Source of the DNA: a virus
IMG/VR virus record: IMGVR_UViG_3300020156_000021
Location: 1-64,000 of that record
Length of the DNA stretch: 64,000 bases
Reading direction: 5' to 3' (one strand)
Shown: positions 1-10,663 of the stretch, piece by piece
Layout of the letters: every line of letters begins with the position of its first letter
Numbering within the stretch: position 1 is the stretch's first letter
The notes under the pieces: model-generated
Database searches by the model: none
Told to the model about the DNA's origin: nothing
Seen by the model: the letters and a program-made list of their open reading frames with translations, nothing else
Translations under genes and position numbers: made by a program

Positions 1-612
1 ATAAAGAACAAAGAACTAAATTTATTAAGATATGGTGTTGAAAATCAATATCAAAGAAAAGAAATTATTAGAAAAATTGAAAATATAAATTTAGAAAAAT
101 ACGGTACTAAATATCCAATGCAAAATCAAAATATAAAAGAAAAGGCAATGCAAAATATGTCTTTTAATAATGGTATTGAATGTTCTCGTCAGCAAAAATA
201 TTTGTATAAATTATTTGGTGGTGAGCTAAATTATGTTGATAAATCTACAAAAGGATATGCAATAGATATTGCTTTCCCTGAATTAAAAATTGCTTTAGAA
301 TATTCAGGTAGTGGTCACGATTTACAAGTTAAGTATAAAAATTTAAGTCAAAAAGATTTTGATAATAAAGAAATTATAAGATACCAAATTCTTAAACGTA
401 ATGGTTGGAAACAAATATTTATTAATTCTAAACAAGATTATTTACCGATGGATAATATATTGCTAGATGAATTTAATAAGGCATTAGACTGGTTTAAAAT
501 TAACGAAAATGGACATTGGCATTATAATATAAATATTGGAGATAAAAGTAATGATATAAATTATGGTAAATGCAGAAAGATTACAGAAAAAGATTTAAGA
601 GAAGTTAGTTAA
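1..612 (+). CDS. Homing-endonuclease-like protein with Vsr/DUF559-type PD-(D/E)XK nuclease C-terminus; 5' end lies outside the window
   Basis: Frame 1 is open from nt 1 (IKNKELNLLRYGVENQYQRKEI...) into tracked ORF 118..612. C-terminus IDIAFPELKIALEYSGSGHDLQV...RNGWKQIFI fits the D-x-AF..E-x-(D/S)G..H..GW..I pattern of Vsr-like nucleases. It is a clear paralog of 13969..14916, which shares the KYG(T/V)xxPM repeats. Confidence 0.6.
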   Translation: MKNKELNLLRYGVENQYQRKEIIRKIENINLEKYGTKYPMQNQNIKEKAMQNMSFNNGIECSRQQKYLYKLFGGELNYVDKSTKGYAIDIAFPELKIALEYSGSGHDLQVKYKNLSQKDFDNKEIIRYQILKRNGWKQIFINSKQDYLPMDNILLDEFNKALDWFKINENGHWHYNINIGDKSNDINYGKCRKITEKDLREVS

Positions 613-638
613 TATTTTTTAAATAGATTTAAAGGAGA

Positions 639-1739
639 GTGGATATTATTCCTAGACCTAAGAAATCTGTGGTTAATACGCCACAGTCTAAAAAAGAAGA
701 CAATAAGTTTAAATGTGTATGTTGCGGTGAATTAAAAAATAAAGAAAAGGATTTTTATTTATCAAATTCATATATATTAAAAAGCAATAATCAAAGAATG
801 GTAATATGCCGACAATGTTGTGTTGAATTTTATGAATATTTAGTGAGAAAACATGAAGATTGTAAAATCGCTTTGTATTATGCCTGTAGAGTTTTAGATT
901 TGTATTTTGATGCAAGTTTATATTCAAGCGTAGAAATGCAAGCTAAAAATGGTGGCAATAATATATTTTCTATATATATGCAAAAAGTTAATTCATTACA
1001 CCAATATGCAAGCAAAACTTTTAATGACTCTACATTGTTAGATGTGGTTATAAGTAATAATATTCCAGATCAAAATAATATAAAGTTAACTGAAGAAGAT
1101 AAACAAAATGAAAACGATGTAATTAGAATAGTTGGATATGACCCTTTTGAAAATGAAAATCCTGTCGATAAAAAATATTTATACAATACTTTAATTGATT
1201 ATCTAGATCAGGAGACGGTAGATGATTCCTTTAAATTACCAATAGTAATAGAAATTGTTAAAAGTTTTAACCAAATAGACAAATTAAATCAAGCATTAAC
1301 TATTATTACTTCTGATATTAACAATGTTGCTAATCAAGTTGGAGGAGTAAAATCATTATTCGAAGCTAAAGAAAAAATTTATCGTTCTATTCTTGCTATG
1401 GCTAAAGACAATGGTATATCAGTTAATCACAATAATAATAAGTCAAAAGGTGGCAATACACTGAATGGTATGGTTAAAAAATTGAATGAAATAGGATTAT
1501 CATCTGCTGAAGTTAATCTATTTAATTTAGAGACTTGTGAAGCTATGAAACAAATAGCTGATTTTAGTAATAAGAGCATTTTAGAACAATTAATGTTTGA
1601 TGAAAATGATTATACTGATATGATTTCACAACAAAGAGATTTAATTAAAAAACTTGATAGTGAACTTATGAAAATAAAAGAAGAAAATAGACTTTTAATT
1701 ATTGCTAATACAATGCTTAAAGATACCAAAGGAGGCTGA
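639..1739 (+). CDS. Putative terminase small subunit (assigned by position)
   Basis: Abuts the large terminase gene. GTG start lies after AAAGGAGAG. Has an N-terminal CxxC...CxxC zinc ribbon (CVCCGE...CRQCC) and a C-terminal coiled coil. No family motif recognised. Confidence 0.45.
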   Translation: MDIIPRPKKSVVNTPQSKKEDNKFKCVCCGELKNKEKDFYLSNSYILKSNNQRMVICRQCCVEFYEYLVRKHEDCKIALYYACRVLDLYFDASLYSSVEMQAKNGGNNIFSIYMQKVNSLHQYASKTFNDSTLLDVVISNNIPDQNNIKLTEEDKQNENDVIRIVGYDPFENENPVDKKYLYNTLIDYLDQETVDDSFKLPIVIEIVKSFNQIDKLNQALTIITSDINNVANQVGGVKSLFEAKEKIYRSILAMAKDNGISVNHNNNKSKGGNTLNGMVKKLNEIGLSSAEVNLFNLETCEAMKQIADFSNKSILEQLMFDENDYTDMISQQRDLIKKLDSELMKIKEENRLLIIANTMLKDTKGG

Positions 1740-1743
1740 TTTT

Positions 1744-3606
1744 GTGGATTATTTTATAAGAAATTCAGAAGTTCAGCTTTCTCAAAAAAAACTTGAAGCA
1801 TATTTGAAATTATCGGAAATTATACAATGGGGGTTAAGTGCCCCTGTTAAGTTTTGTGAAAGGTTTATGGGAATTGAATTTCTAGATGCACAAAAATATG
1901 CGTTTATGAATTCTTGGCTTAAACCATATAATTTATGGTGCATGACTCGTAATGGTGGAAAATCAACACTTTCTGCCCCTTTTATTATGGCAAAAGGTAT
2001 TTTAATTAATGGTCATAATACATATATTTTGAGTAATTCTTCGTCACAAAGCCAAGATACCTTTTTAAAAATAGAAAAAATTGCAAAGAAGGAAATTGCG
2101 AGTTTTTCAGGGTTAACTGATTTTTTTATTGGGGAATTAGTTAAATCTCATGCGAATACAGATGGTTTTACTCATTCTCAATCAGGTTTTAACTATAAAT
2201 TATTTAACGGATCTTCAGTCACTAGTTTAAGTGGAGAGATAGTCAATAATAAGGGAAAGCGGTCAAGTTTGAATGTGTATGATGAAAGTGGATGGATTGA
2301 AGAGGAATATGTAGTATCTACAATTCCATTTTTGTTACAGAATTCAACATTTAGACTTGGTGGAAATATGGATGTAACAACATTTCCACAACAAATACCT
2401 AATCAAAGGTTATTTATTTCTTCAGCTTCTAGTACTGATAGTTATTATTATTCTTTGTACAAAGATTATGCAAAGAGAATGTTTATGGGAGATAAAAATT
2501 ATTTTATATGTGACTTAAATTGCGAAATCATGATTAATGCTACATATAATGGAAAAGTATATCCTGTACCTTTGCTAAATAGAGATGATATAGATTCCGA
2601 AATGCGAAAAAATAAAGAAAAAGCAATGAGAGAATTTTATAATAAATTCTCTATTGATGGTGGCGATAAGCAAATATTTAAAAGAGCAATGATTGTTAAA
2701 AATTCATTTGTTCGATTGCCCGTGTTAAGGAATGAACCACATGGTAAACGAAAATTTATAATAGCCTATGATCCAGCGCATCAATATGACAATTCTGTGT
2801 GTCTTATTGGTGAAATCATTAATGATGAAAAAGTTGGAGAAAGACTAGAAGTTTGCAATGGAGTAAGTTTTGTTGATATAGGTAAAAAGAAAAAGACCCC
2901 AATGAGAACACCAGAACAGATTCAATTATTAAAGCAAATGATATTGAATTATAACGGTGAAGGAAATCCTGATTATGAGAATATTGAATGTATTTTGATT
3001 GATGCGGGAGCTGGAGGACATGGTACTACTATAGCAGATTATCTTATGGAAGATTGGACTGATGAAAAAGGAAATAAACATAAAGGATTTATTGATAAAG
3101 AAGAATGTAAAGAACACGTATCTAAATTTCCAAATGCAGTGGATAAATTGAAATTAATGTCTCCTCAAAAGTATAAAAAGGAAATGTTTGATGCTTTATT
3201 TGAAATGATGGAATTAGATTTAGTTTCATTTACAAATGAATATGATTTAAAAGGTTTTTTAAATTTGCCTGTATTAACAGGTAAATTAATTGATGTTGAA
3301 GATGAAAATGGTAATATCGGCAAAGAAAATGAAATGGCTTTTAAGAAGATAAACTTGGATTTTGAAGAGGAATTGGCTTTGAAAAATATTGATATAGCAA
3401 AGGAAGAATTAATATATACATATAAATATACTAGTACTAATGATAATTATAGATATGATTTATCTACAGAAAAGATTAATGAATTACATGATGATAGGTC
3501 TTATTGTTTAGCATTATTAGGTTGGTATTTAAAACAATTAAGAAGAAAACATATTACAGGTAAAAAAGATAGTAAAATAAACTGGCTCGAATATTGTTTA
3601 TACTAA
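1744..3606 (+). CDS. terL: Terminase large subunit
   Basis: Walker A-like MTRNGGKST and Walker B-like LNVYDESGW, 620-aa size, position before the portal gene. GTG at 1744 sits 8 nt after GGAGG (1731-1735) and avoids overlap with the upstream stop at 1737-1739. The tracked ORF begins at ATG 1702. Confidence 0.9.
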   Translation: MDYFIRNSEVQLSQKKLEAYLKLSEIIQWGLSAPVKFCERFMGIEFLDAQKYAFMNSWLKPYNLWCMTRNGGKSTLSAPFIMAKGILINGHNTYILSNSSSQSQDTFLKIEKIAKKEIASFSGLTDFFIGELVKSHANTDGFTHSQSGFNYKLFNGSSVTSLSGEIVNNKGKRSSLNVYDESGWIEEEYVVSTIPFLLQNSTFRLGGNMDVTTFPQQIPNQRLFISSASSTDSYYYSLYKDYAKRMFMGDKNYFICDLNCEIMINATYNGKVYPVPLLNRDDIDSEMRKNKEKAMREFYNKFSIDGGDKQIFKRAMIVKNSFVRLPVLRNEPHGKRKFIIAYDPAHQYDNSVCLIGEIINDEKVGERLEVCNGVSFVDIGKKKKTPMRTPEQIQLLKQMILNYNGEGNPDYENIECILIDAGAGGHGTTIADYLMEDWTDEKGNKHKGFIDKEECKEHVSKFPNAVDKLKLMSPQKYKKEMFDALFEMMELDLVSFTNEYDLKGFLNLPVLTGKLIDVEDENGNIGKENEMAFKKINLDFEEELALKNIDIAKEELIYTYKYTSTNDNYRYDLSTEKINELHDDRSYCLALLGWYLKQLRRKHITGKKDSKINWLEYCLY

Positions 3607-3645
3607 TTTATATTATTAAAATAACTAAAAGGAGGTGACAGTCTC

Positions 3646-5178
3646 GTGTCAGAAACTCAAAAACGGAAGCCTGGAAGACCCCCTAAAAACAACTCTGAAT
3701 TTATTGATAAAGTTAATATACCAGAATCAAAACCAAATGAATCTACTACTAATAATCAACAACAAGGTAAACACTATTTTGCTTCTTCACAAATATATGC
3801 TGAGAGCATGAATTATAAACCTATGCAAAGAGCATATACTAAAGAACAAATAGAGACAGCATTACGTAACCCAAATACTAATTATCAAATATTACAACAG
3901 ATGTCTAATTATTTATATTCTATTAGTTCTGCATATCAAAATGAAATTGATTATTTGGCTAACATAATGACATTTAATTATACGCTTGCTCCTTTTGAGT
4001 TAACAGATAGTAAAGTTACAATGTTTAATAGATTAATGGCAGCAGCAAAAAAAGCAAAACAAAGCCAGGTTAAAAGTGTTTTCCCTAAAATGCTTGAGCG
4101 TACTCTTGTACAGGGCGAAACTTATTGGTACACATTAACCGATAATGATAATACCATATATATCGAAATTCCTTCTAGATTTTGTGAGGTATATGAAATA
4201 GATTCTAATAATTTATTTAGGTATAAGATTAGATTGGATTTACTAAATAAAGATGTAGTAAAAAGCTTACCTAATGAAATTAAAGAAGCTTACGATGCTT
4301 TTTTAGAAAATAAAAAATCTAAAAAAAACCAAATTAAGGATAAGAATGACGCTTTAGACGCTTTAAAATTTAAAGTATCGGAAAAAGGTTTTGCTTTATT
4401 GGCTCATGGTATGCTTACAGTTCATGATTATCCTTATTTTGCAAATTCTTTTACTGATTTGTTACAATTGGAAGAAGATAAAGAATATTTAAATTCTGAT
4501 ATTAAAGATTCTTCAGTTAAAATGGTACATAATAAAATACCAACAAATAAGGATAGTGGCGAACCTTTAATGCCGGAACCAGTAATTAGACAGTATCATG
4601 AAAGTGATAAAAAACATGTGCCTAAAAATGTCAGTGTTTCTACCACTCCTTTTGAAAAAGAAGCAATAAATTTTGATACTTCAAATAAAACACAAATTAA
4701 TCTTGTTGAACAATCTAAAAAGAATGTTCAAGATGATAGTGGTATTTCAAGTTTGATATTTAATAATGAAAAATCATCATCAAATGCTTTAAAGGATTCT
4801 ATTCAGGCAGATGCTAATCGTATGTATCCATTTTTGAAGTTTTTTAATGCGATATTATCATATCAATTAAAATCATTAAAGTTTTTTGCTGAATTTTTAC
4901 AGACTCATAAACTTAATAAAAAAGAGGATATAGAAAATAGTAGAACTAATTTACAGTCTGGAGGTAATAGATTTGATTTTATTGTTTCTACAGGTAAAGA
5001 AATTTACGATTTCTTTCAAACTGCTAAATTAGAAAAAATAATTGAAATAGACGATTATTTACCTATTATGATACCAGGAAGTCAACAATCTGGTATTGAA
5101 GATAAAAAAAACGGTAGACCAACCGGTGAAAAAGGCAATATAAGTGATAATGGTGAACAGTCTCAGGAGTATAAATAA
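3646..5178 (+). CDS. Putative portal protein
   Basis: 510-aa ORF directly after terL. GTG start follows AAAGGAGG. Called from size and gene order typical of portal genes; no explicit motif recognised. Confidence 0.65.
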   Translation: MSETQKRKPGRPPKNNSEFIDKVNIPESKPNESTTNNQQQGKHYFASSQIYAESMNYKPMQRAYTKEQIETALRNPNTNYQILQQMSNYLYSISSAYQNEIDYLANIMTFNYTLAPFELTDSKVTMFNRLMAAAKKAKQSQVKSVFPKMLERTLVQGETYWYTLTDNDNTIYIEIPSRFCEVYEIDSNNLFRYKIRLDLLNKDVVKSLPNEIKEAYDAFLENKKSKKNQIKDKNDALDALKFKVSEKGFALLAHGMLTVHDYPYFANSFTDLLQLEEDKEYLNSDIKDSSVKMVHNKIPTNKDSGEPLMPEPVIRQYHESDKKHVPKNVSVSTTPFEKEAINFDTSNKTQINLVEQSKKNVQDDSGISSLIFNNEKSSSNALKDSIQADANRMYPFLKFFNAILSYQLKSLKFFAEFLQTHKLNKKEDIENSRTNLQSGGNRFDFIVSTGKEIYDFFQTAKLEKIIEIDDYLPIMIPGSQQSGIEDKKNGRPTGEKGNISDNGEQSQEYK

Positions 5179-5210
5179 TGTTAAATTATATATAAAAGGA
5201 GGTGAATTGT

Positions 5211-6803
5211 TTGGATGATACTAAACCTAATTTAAATATACCAATACAGTTTCAAAAACTTGCAGAATATGAAGTAAATGATACTCGTTTTCAGAAGGTT
5301 AAAATATGGTTGATGCATTTAAACGAAAACTACAACGGAAGCTTTTTCGATAAATCAATTGTTGAAAAAGCATTACCATCTTTAGCCAACACTCCTATTT
5401 TGATTTATGTAGAAAAGAATTCTGAAGGAGAAAAAGATGCTTCGGATCATAGAAGTGTATTAGTAAAAGAAGACGGTCAGTATAAGATAAAATACATAGG
5501 TCAGGCTTGTGGCACTATTCCTGAGTCAAATAATGCTAAATTCGAAATGAGAGTATGTGATGATGGAATAGAGAGAGAATTTGTTACTGTTGAAGGTTTA
5601 CTGTGGACAAAATTTGATGATCCTATTGATATTATGAATAGAGATAAGGTTAAAGCAGAATCAATGGAGTTAGATGAAAATTATTCTGGGCAATTTGAAT
5701 CTGATAATCTATTTCATTTTACAGAATTCAAGTTCTATGGTGCGTGTATATTGGGGAAAAATGTATATCCAGCAATGCAAAATGCTTCAATTGAAATTGA
5801 TTTTTCGTATGAAGTTTTTCATAAGGAAATTCAAGAAAAAATGGAGCAATTCAAACAATTTTCTATGACTCAATCCTCTACTTCAGAGGTTGATAATATA
5901 AGCTCAAATAAGGAAGAAGGAGGTAAAAGTCTAGTGGATGAAAAATTAGAACTATTAAAAAAATATAGTCTTACTCTTGAAGGTATTTCGTTTAAGATAG
6001 ATGAATTATCTTTGGAAGAAATTGAAAGTAAGATTAAAGAGCATTTTTCTATGTTACAATCTCAAAAGTGTGAAGAGTTAGCAAATGCTTTAAGAGTAGA
6101 AAAATACAAAGACAGATGGGGTGATGAATATTCAAGATATTCATATGTAGATTGCAAAGATAATATGGTTTTTGCTTATGATAGGCAAGAAAATTGGAAT
6201 CTTTATGGATTTACATATTCTATGAATGGGGATAAAGTTATAATAGATTTTGTTTCAAAAATAAGAAAGAAATTTGATATTGTAGATTTTGTTGAAGGTG
6301 AATCTATAATATTCAATTTACTTCCTCAAGAAGCTGTGGAATATGCCCTTAACGATAGAGAGAAAGAAATATCTCAGAAACCCAATGCAGATTTTGATGC
6401 ACTTAAAATTAAAGTATCTGAATATGAATCAACTATTGAAATTCTTAATACTGAAATTGGTACTCTTAAAACTTCAAATGAAGAATTATCTAACTATAAA
6501 GATAAAAAGGAATTAGACATTCACACCGAAAAAATTAATGAAGTATTTTCTGATTTTGAAGAAAATCTTAAAGACAATGAAAAATATGCATTACTTAAAT
6601 CTGAAGTAGAAAAAGATATTATGAAATATAATATTGAAAATCTAAAAAAAGATTTACTTGCTATATTGGGAGAACTGAATTTCAACAAAACAACTAAGAA
6701 AGTAAAAGAAAAAATTGTAGCTCCTGTCATTAATATTGATGGGAACGATGTAAGAAAGTCTAGGTATGGTAAATATGAAAAATTTATTGAGGAAAGTAAA
6801 TAA
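5211..6803 (+). CDS. Putative prohead protease / scaffolding protein
   Basis: Lies between the portal and capsid genes. The C-terminal half is an acidic coiled coil (scaffold-like). TTG at 5211 is 8 nt after GGAGG, whereas the tracked GTG 5202 overlaps the RBS itself. Confidence 0.45.
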   Translation: MDDTKPNLNIPIQFQKLAEYEVNDTRFQKVKIWLMHLNENYNGSFFDKSIVEKALPSLANTPILIYVEKNSEGEKDASDHRSVLVKEDGQYKIKYIGQACGTIPESNNAKFEMRVCDDGIEREFVTVEGLLWTKFDDPIDIMNRDKVKAESMELDENYSGQFESDNLFHFTEFKFYGACILGKNVYPAMQNASIEIDFSYEVFHKEIQEKMEQFKQFSMTQSSTSEVDNISSNKEEGGKSLVDEKLELLKKYSLTLEGISFKIDELSLEEIESKIKEHFSMLQSQKCEELANALRVEKYKDRWGDEYSRYSYVDCKDNMVFAYDRQENWNLYGFTYSMNGDKVIIDFVSKIRKKFDIVDFVEGESIIFNLLPQEAVEYALNDREKEISQKPNADFDALKIKVSEYESTIEILNTEIGTLKTSNEELSNYKDKKELDIHTEKINEVFSDFEENLKDNEKYALLKSEVEKDIMKYNIENLKKDLLAILGELNFNKTTKKVKEKIVAPVINIDGNDVRKSRYGKYEKFIEESK

Positions 6804-6833
6804 TAATAAAATAATTAAGGAGGAAATTTGAAT

Positions 6834-7304
6834 ATGGCTAATATAGTTTTAAACAAAGTATCAGCAACTTGCCCTATATATGATATTAAGTGTGCTGCTG
6901 AACTCAATCAGGGAAATTTGGTTACAATTGGTGTTCAAGATATGACTACTAATCTTGGTGTTTATACTGTTGCTGCTCCTGCTGCAATTACAGATTTGAA
7001 TATGGCTATTGTAGCTTGCGTTCCGCTGAGTTATGAAGCTGAAAAGACAGAAGGAGATTTTTCACTTGCAATTGGTGCTATTGGTAGAGCTTATGTTCCT
7101 TATATTGGTTTTACTGTAACTATTGAAGATGCTCAAATCACTGGCGCTACAGTTCTTAATCAGTATGTAATTCCTGCTGCTGGTGCAGTTAAAATGGCTG
7201 CAGCTGCTGCATTGGGTGGAACTGAAGCAGTTGCGTTCCAAGTGAAAGAAAAAACTACTCTTAATGGTGTAGCTGCAACTAAAATAGTTTGTATAAAAGC
7301 GTAA
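6834..7304 (+). CDS. Small Ala/Gly/Thr-rich head protein (decoration- or cement-like by position)
   Basis: Immediately precedes the major capsid gene, as lambda D precedes E. ATG 6834 is 10 nt after AAGGAGG; the tracked TTG is at 6828. Confidence 0.4.
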   Translation: MANIVLNKVSATCPIYDIKCAAELNQGNLVTIGVQDMTTNLGVYTVAAPAAITDLNMAIVACVPLSYEAEKTEGDFSLAIGAIGRAYVPYIGFTVTIEDAQITGATVLNQYVIPAAGAVKMAAAAALGGTEAVAFQVKEKTTLNGVAATKIVCIKA

Positions 7305-7336
7305 AATAAATAATATTAAAGGAGGATAATTGATTT

Positions 7337-8335
7337 ATGAACACTATAGTTTTATCTGATATTCAAAAATTGTCTCTTGATGCTTACAATGGAAAAGCTA
7401 TTGATAATTATAGCGTAGACGGAATGAATAAAGCCATACGTGCTGCAATTGTTGAAGCATGTGGTGGAGAATGGAATTTTTATAGATTCCAAAAAAATAA
7501 ATGGGATGTTTATGCAATAGTTGCTGAAACTATGCCTGTAGCTCTCAAAACTAGTCTTGATGGTGCTTTTGGTGATATGGCAGAAATTCGTGACGGAGCA
7601 TTGGGTGATAAAAATTACTGGACAGTTGCAAATAATGATTTGTTCAAAGTTTATACTGTTGCAAGAGGTAATTATGATGTTGAAAGACAGACAATAGTTA
7701 GTAACTCGTTCACTATTGCTACTCAGAAAAAGTTGATTAAGGTCTTTACAGAAATCGATCTTTTTATCAGCGGTAAAATAGACTGGACAGAAGTTATAGC
7801 TAGAGTTACCAAGTCTTTTGGTGCTTATGTTGGAGAATTAATATACAATACAATGTATAATTCTTACGCTGCTATAGGTACTCCTTATAAGCATACTGGA
7901 GCTTTCGCTGCTGAAACTATGCTTGAAATAATTTCCCAGGTATTGTCTGCTACTGGTGCAACTAAGGCTCAGATATTTGGTACTCAGATAGCTTTGGCTA
8001 ATATTTCTGACGGTGCTGGATATTCTGATGCTGAAAAGAGAAGGTTTAATGAGTTTGGTTTCTATGATATGTTTAGGGGTAATCCTATGTATATGTTCCC
8101 ACAGGCATATAAAGCTGGAACTACCACTAAGGCAGTTAACGATGCTTCAGTTATAATTCTTCCTGATAATGGTGAAAAAATAGTTAAAGTAATGTTTGAA
8201 GGTGAGCCTGAAGTTAGGGATAATGATGGTTCAACTAGAAATGATGGACAGCCTGAATTCCTTTTTGGAAGAATGGTTGGTGCTGCTGCTTTAACAGTTG
8301 AAGATGGACAGTATGGTTTCTATAAATTTGCTTAA
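7337..8335 (+). CDS. Major capsid protein
   Basis: 332 aa, in the expected position after the protease/scaffold and decoration-like genes. Followed by a strong rho-independent terminator, typical of highly expressed capsid genes. Confidence 0.7.
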   Translation: MNTIVLSDIQKLSLDAYNGKAIDNYSVDGMNKAIRAAIVEACGGEWNFYRFQKNKWDVYAIVAETMPVALKTSLDGAFGDMAEIRDGALGDKNYWTVANNDLFKVYTVARGNYDVERQTIVSNSFTIATQKKLIKVFTEIDLFISGKIDWTEVIARVTKSFGAYVGELIYNTMYNSYAAIGTPYKHTGAFAAETMLEIISQVLSATGATKAQIFGTQIALANISDGAGYSDAEKRRFNEFGFYDMFRGNPMYMFPQAYKAGTTTKAVNDASVIILPDNGEKIVKVMFEGEPEVRDNDGSTRNDGQPEFLFGRMVGAAALTVEDGQYGFYKFA

Positions 8336-8348
8336 TTGAAGTAATATA

Positions 8349-8380
8349 AGAGTGAGGGAAGTAATTCCCTCCTCTCTTTA
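8349..8380 (+). terminator. Rho-independent terminator after the capsid gene
   Basis: AGAG-t-GAGGGAA gtaa TTCCCTC-CTCT stem followed by CTTTAT. Confidence 0.7.
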
Positions 8381-8417
8381 TATGTAATAAAGTAATAAAA
8401 AAGAGAGGATTATTTTT

Positions 8418-8921
8418 ATGGCAATAAAAAGTAGAAAAAAAATACCTAATGATTTGGTTATTGAATTAACTTCTAATCTGAATGGTGGTATGACTTTTTC
8501 TGATAAAAAGGGTAAAACTCATACATATATATCTTTTAGAGGTATAGATGATAATGATAATTGTAGTTATGAAGATATAAAATCTTTGCAAAAACAGAGT
8601 CCTAAAATGCTTGAAAAGGCGTATATGGTAATTACTGATGTAAATTCATTTGATGATAAAGATTTTAAAGTTGATGATTTACTTTATAATTTAAATCTTG
8701 ACGAATTGTATAATGGTGGTATAGACCCTAGAGATATCGGTAAGTTTTTAACTTCCACAAAATATGATACTTTTGTTAACAAAGTAAGTAAAAGCAAAGA
8801 TGACTTAATAGAAGTTATTCTTGAACGTGCAGTTTATATGTATAAGCAAGGTCAGTTTAATGATGCTACTAAAATGAATTATTTACAATCTTTGTATCCA
8901 AGCTTGAAATTGTTTAAATAA
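8418..8921 (+). CDS. Hypothetical structural-module protein
   Basis: 167-aa ORF with AGAGAGGA RBS region, co-directional within the head/neck module. Confidence 0.6.
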   Translation: MAIKSRKKIPNDLVIELTSNLNGGMTFSDKKGKTHTYISFRGIDDNDNCSYEDIKSLQKQSPKMLEKAYMVITDVNSFDDKDFKVDDLLYNLNLDELYNGGIDPRDIGKFLTSTKYDTFVNKVSKSKDDLIEVILERAVYMYKQGQFNDATKMNYLQSLYPSLKLFK

Positions 8922-8927
8922 AGAAAG

Positions 8928-9365
8928 GTGAAAATAATGAGTACACCTTATTCAGATATATTCTATAAGTACGGTGTACTTGTAGATGATAGTGAATTAT
9001 TAAGCAGATTAACAGATGAAGAATATACAGAATTACTAGAATTATTTTTAAGTAAAGCAAAAAGTGTTTATTTTAAGTCTTGTAAAAAAGATTTAAGTGA
9101 TGTTGATGATACAAAGAAACAATTTAATGAAACAATAGACGAACAGGAACAATGGATAATCTGTGAAGCAATGAAATATATTTGGGTTGAAAAACAATTA
9201 TATAAAGAAGAAAAGTTGAGAGATAAAATGACTCCAAAAGATTATGACAATTCAAGTCCTGCTAATCTTATTGATAAATTAACAAAACTTAAAATTGAAA
9301 CTAAAAAATCTCTTGATGCTATGATTATTTCGTACAGTTTTGATGGGTTCGAAGGGTTCAATTAA
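8928..9365 (+). CDS. Hypothetical head-tail connector region protein
   Basis: 145-aa acidic ORF, tightly packed after 8418..8921. Function suggested by position only. Confidence 0.5.
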   Translation: MKIMSTPYSDIFYKYGVLVDDSELLSRLTDEEYTELLELFLSKAKSVYFKSCKKDLSDVDDTKKQFNETIDEQEQWIICEAMKYIWVEKQLYKEEKLRDKMTPKDYDNSSPANLIDKLTKLKIETKKSLDAMIISYSFDGFEGFN

Positions 9366-9409
9366 ATAAAATAATATAAACAAAAATAATTTGAAAGGAG
9401 TGTTTAGGC

Positions 9410-10621
9410 ATGGCATTAAACACAGAATACACACAATTTTTTAAAAAATGGTTTGCGGATGCTGCTCCTGTAGCTGGAGTTAAAGCAAATGGTACTCTTA
9501 CTATTTCAGGGGTGGTCAGTGATACTCAAACCTGTACGATTGGCTCAAATGTTTACGAATTTGATATTAACAATTCTATTACAGCAGGAAGAATTAAGGT
9601 TGATGTTGCTAATTTAAGAAATCAAGCAACTGGAACTTTAACTTTCTCAGGCGTAGTTGCTGATGCAGAAACCGTAACTATTGGTACAAGAGTTTACGAA
9701 TTTGATTTTAATGATTCTATTACTGAAGGTAATGTAAAAGTAGATATATCTGCTGGTGGAACTGCCGCAACAGGTACTTTAACTTTTTCTGGTGCTACTT
9801 CTGATGGTGAAACTGTCGTAATTGGTAATAGAACATACGAGTTTGATACTGATAATAATGTTTCCGCAGTTGACCATGTAAGAGTAGATATTTCTGGTGG
9901 AGCAACTGCTGCTGCTTCGGTCACCGCACTTGTTGCAGCTATTACTGGAGATCAAGATGTTGCTGCTGTAATAGCCGTTGATGGTGAGGGTGATACTGTA
10001 GTTGTAACTTCCAGGGTTAAAGGTACTACTGGAAATAATATAGATTCAACTACAACATGTGCAAATGCAGCATGGGGTGCTGCAAAATTAGCTAATGCTA
10101 CTGATTGTGCTGCCACAACTGCAATTACTGCTCTTGTTTCTGCTATTACAGGAGATGAAGATGCAGTTGTAACATCTGTTGATGGTGAAGGTGATACAGT
10201 GGTTGTAACTTCAATTGCAAAAGGTACTGCCGGAAATGCTTACGATTCAACTGAAACATGTGCAAATGCAGCATGGGGTGCAGCGAAACTTTCAGGTGGG
10301 TTAGATACGGTAACTGCTGCTAATGCAGTAACCGCTTTAGTTAATGCTATTAATACTAATGACTCTGATGTAACTGCAACTGATGGAGCTGGAGATACGG
10401 TTGTTGTTAAGTATAATTGGGTAGGCACTACTGGAAATAGTATTGCAACAACAGAAACAATGACAAATGGAGCATGGGGTCATGATCATTTAGAGAATGG
10501 TGTTTATGCTACTCCTGTGAATTGCCCTGCATTTATAATTATAGAAGGAGTTTGGTATATAGCTGACGCTCCTGTGACTAAGTATACAGAAGGTGGTTGG
10601 AAATCTGCAACACCAGCATAA
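9410..10621 (+). CDS. Repeat-containing Ala/Thr/Gly-rich structural protein (head fibre or decoration candidate)
   Basis: Three copies of a 47-aa-period repeat (GTLT(I/F)SG..SD.(E/Q)T..IG.(R/N).YEFD....S......(K/R)VD(I/V)). These are followed by three copies of a ~67-aa repeat (TALV.AITGD.D....VDGEGDTVVVTS..KGT.GN..DST.TCANAAWGAAKL). Confidence 0.7.
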   Translation: MALNTEYTQFFKKWFADAAPVAGVKANGTLTISGVVSDTQTCTIGSNVYEFDINNSITAGRIKVDVANLRNQATGTLTFSGVVADAETVTIGTRVYEFDFNDSITEGNVKVDISAGGTAATGTLTFSGATSDGETVVIGNRTYEFDTDNNVSAVDHVRVDISGGATAAASVTALVAAITGDQDVAAVIAVDGEGDTVVVTSRVKGTTGNNIDSTTTCANAAWGAAKLANATDCAATTAITALVSAITGDEDAVVTSVDGEGDTVVVTSIAKGTAGNAYDSTETCANAAWGAAKLSGGLDTVTAANAVTALVNAINTNDSDVTATDGAGDTVVVKYNWVGTTGNSIATTETMTNGAWGHDHLENGVYATPVNCPAFIIIEGVWYIADAPVTKYTEGGWKSATPA

Positions 10622-10663
10622 TTTAAGTACTAAAATAAACAAGGAAGGAGAATCTTAAAATAA

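Noticed and set aside
9410-10621. Diversity-generating retroelement (template/variable repeat pair)
   Set aside because: The repeated DNA segments are in-frame tandem repeats within one gene. No reverse transcriptase ORF exists in the window, and there is no adenine-specific mismatch pattern between copies.
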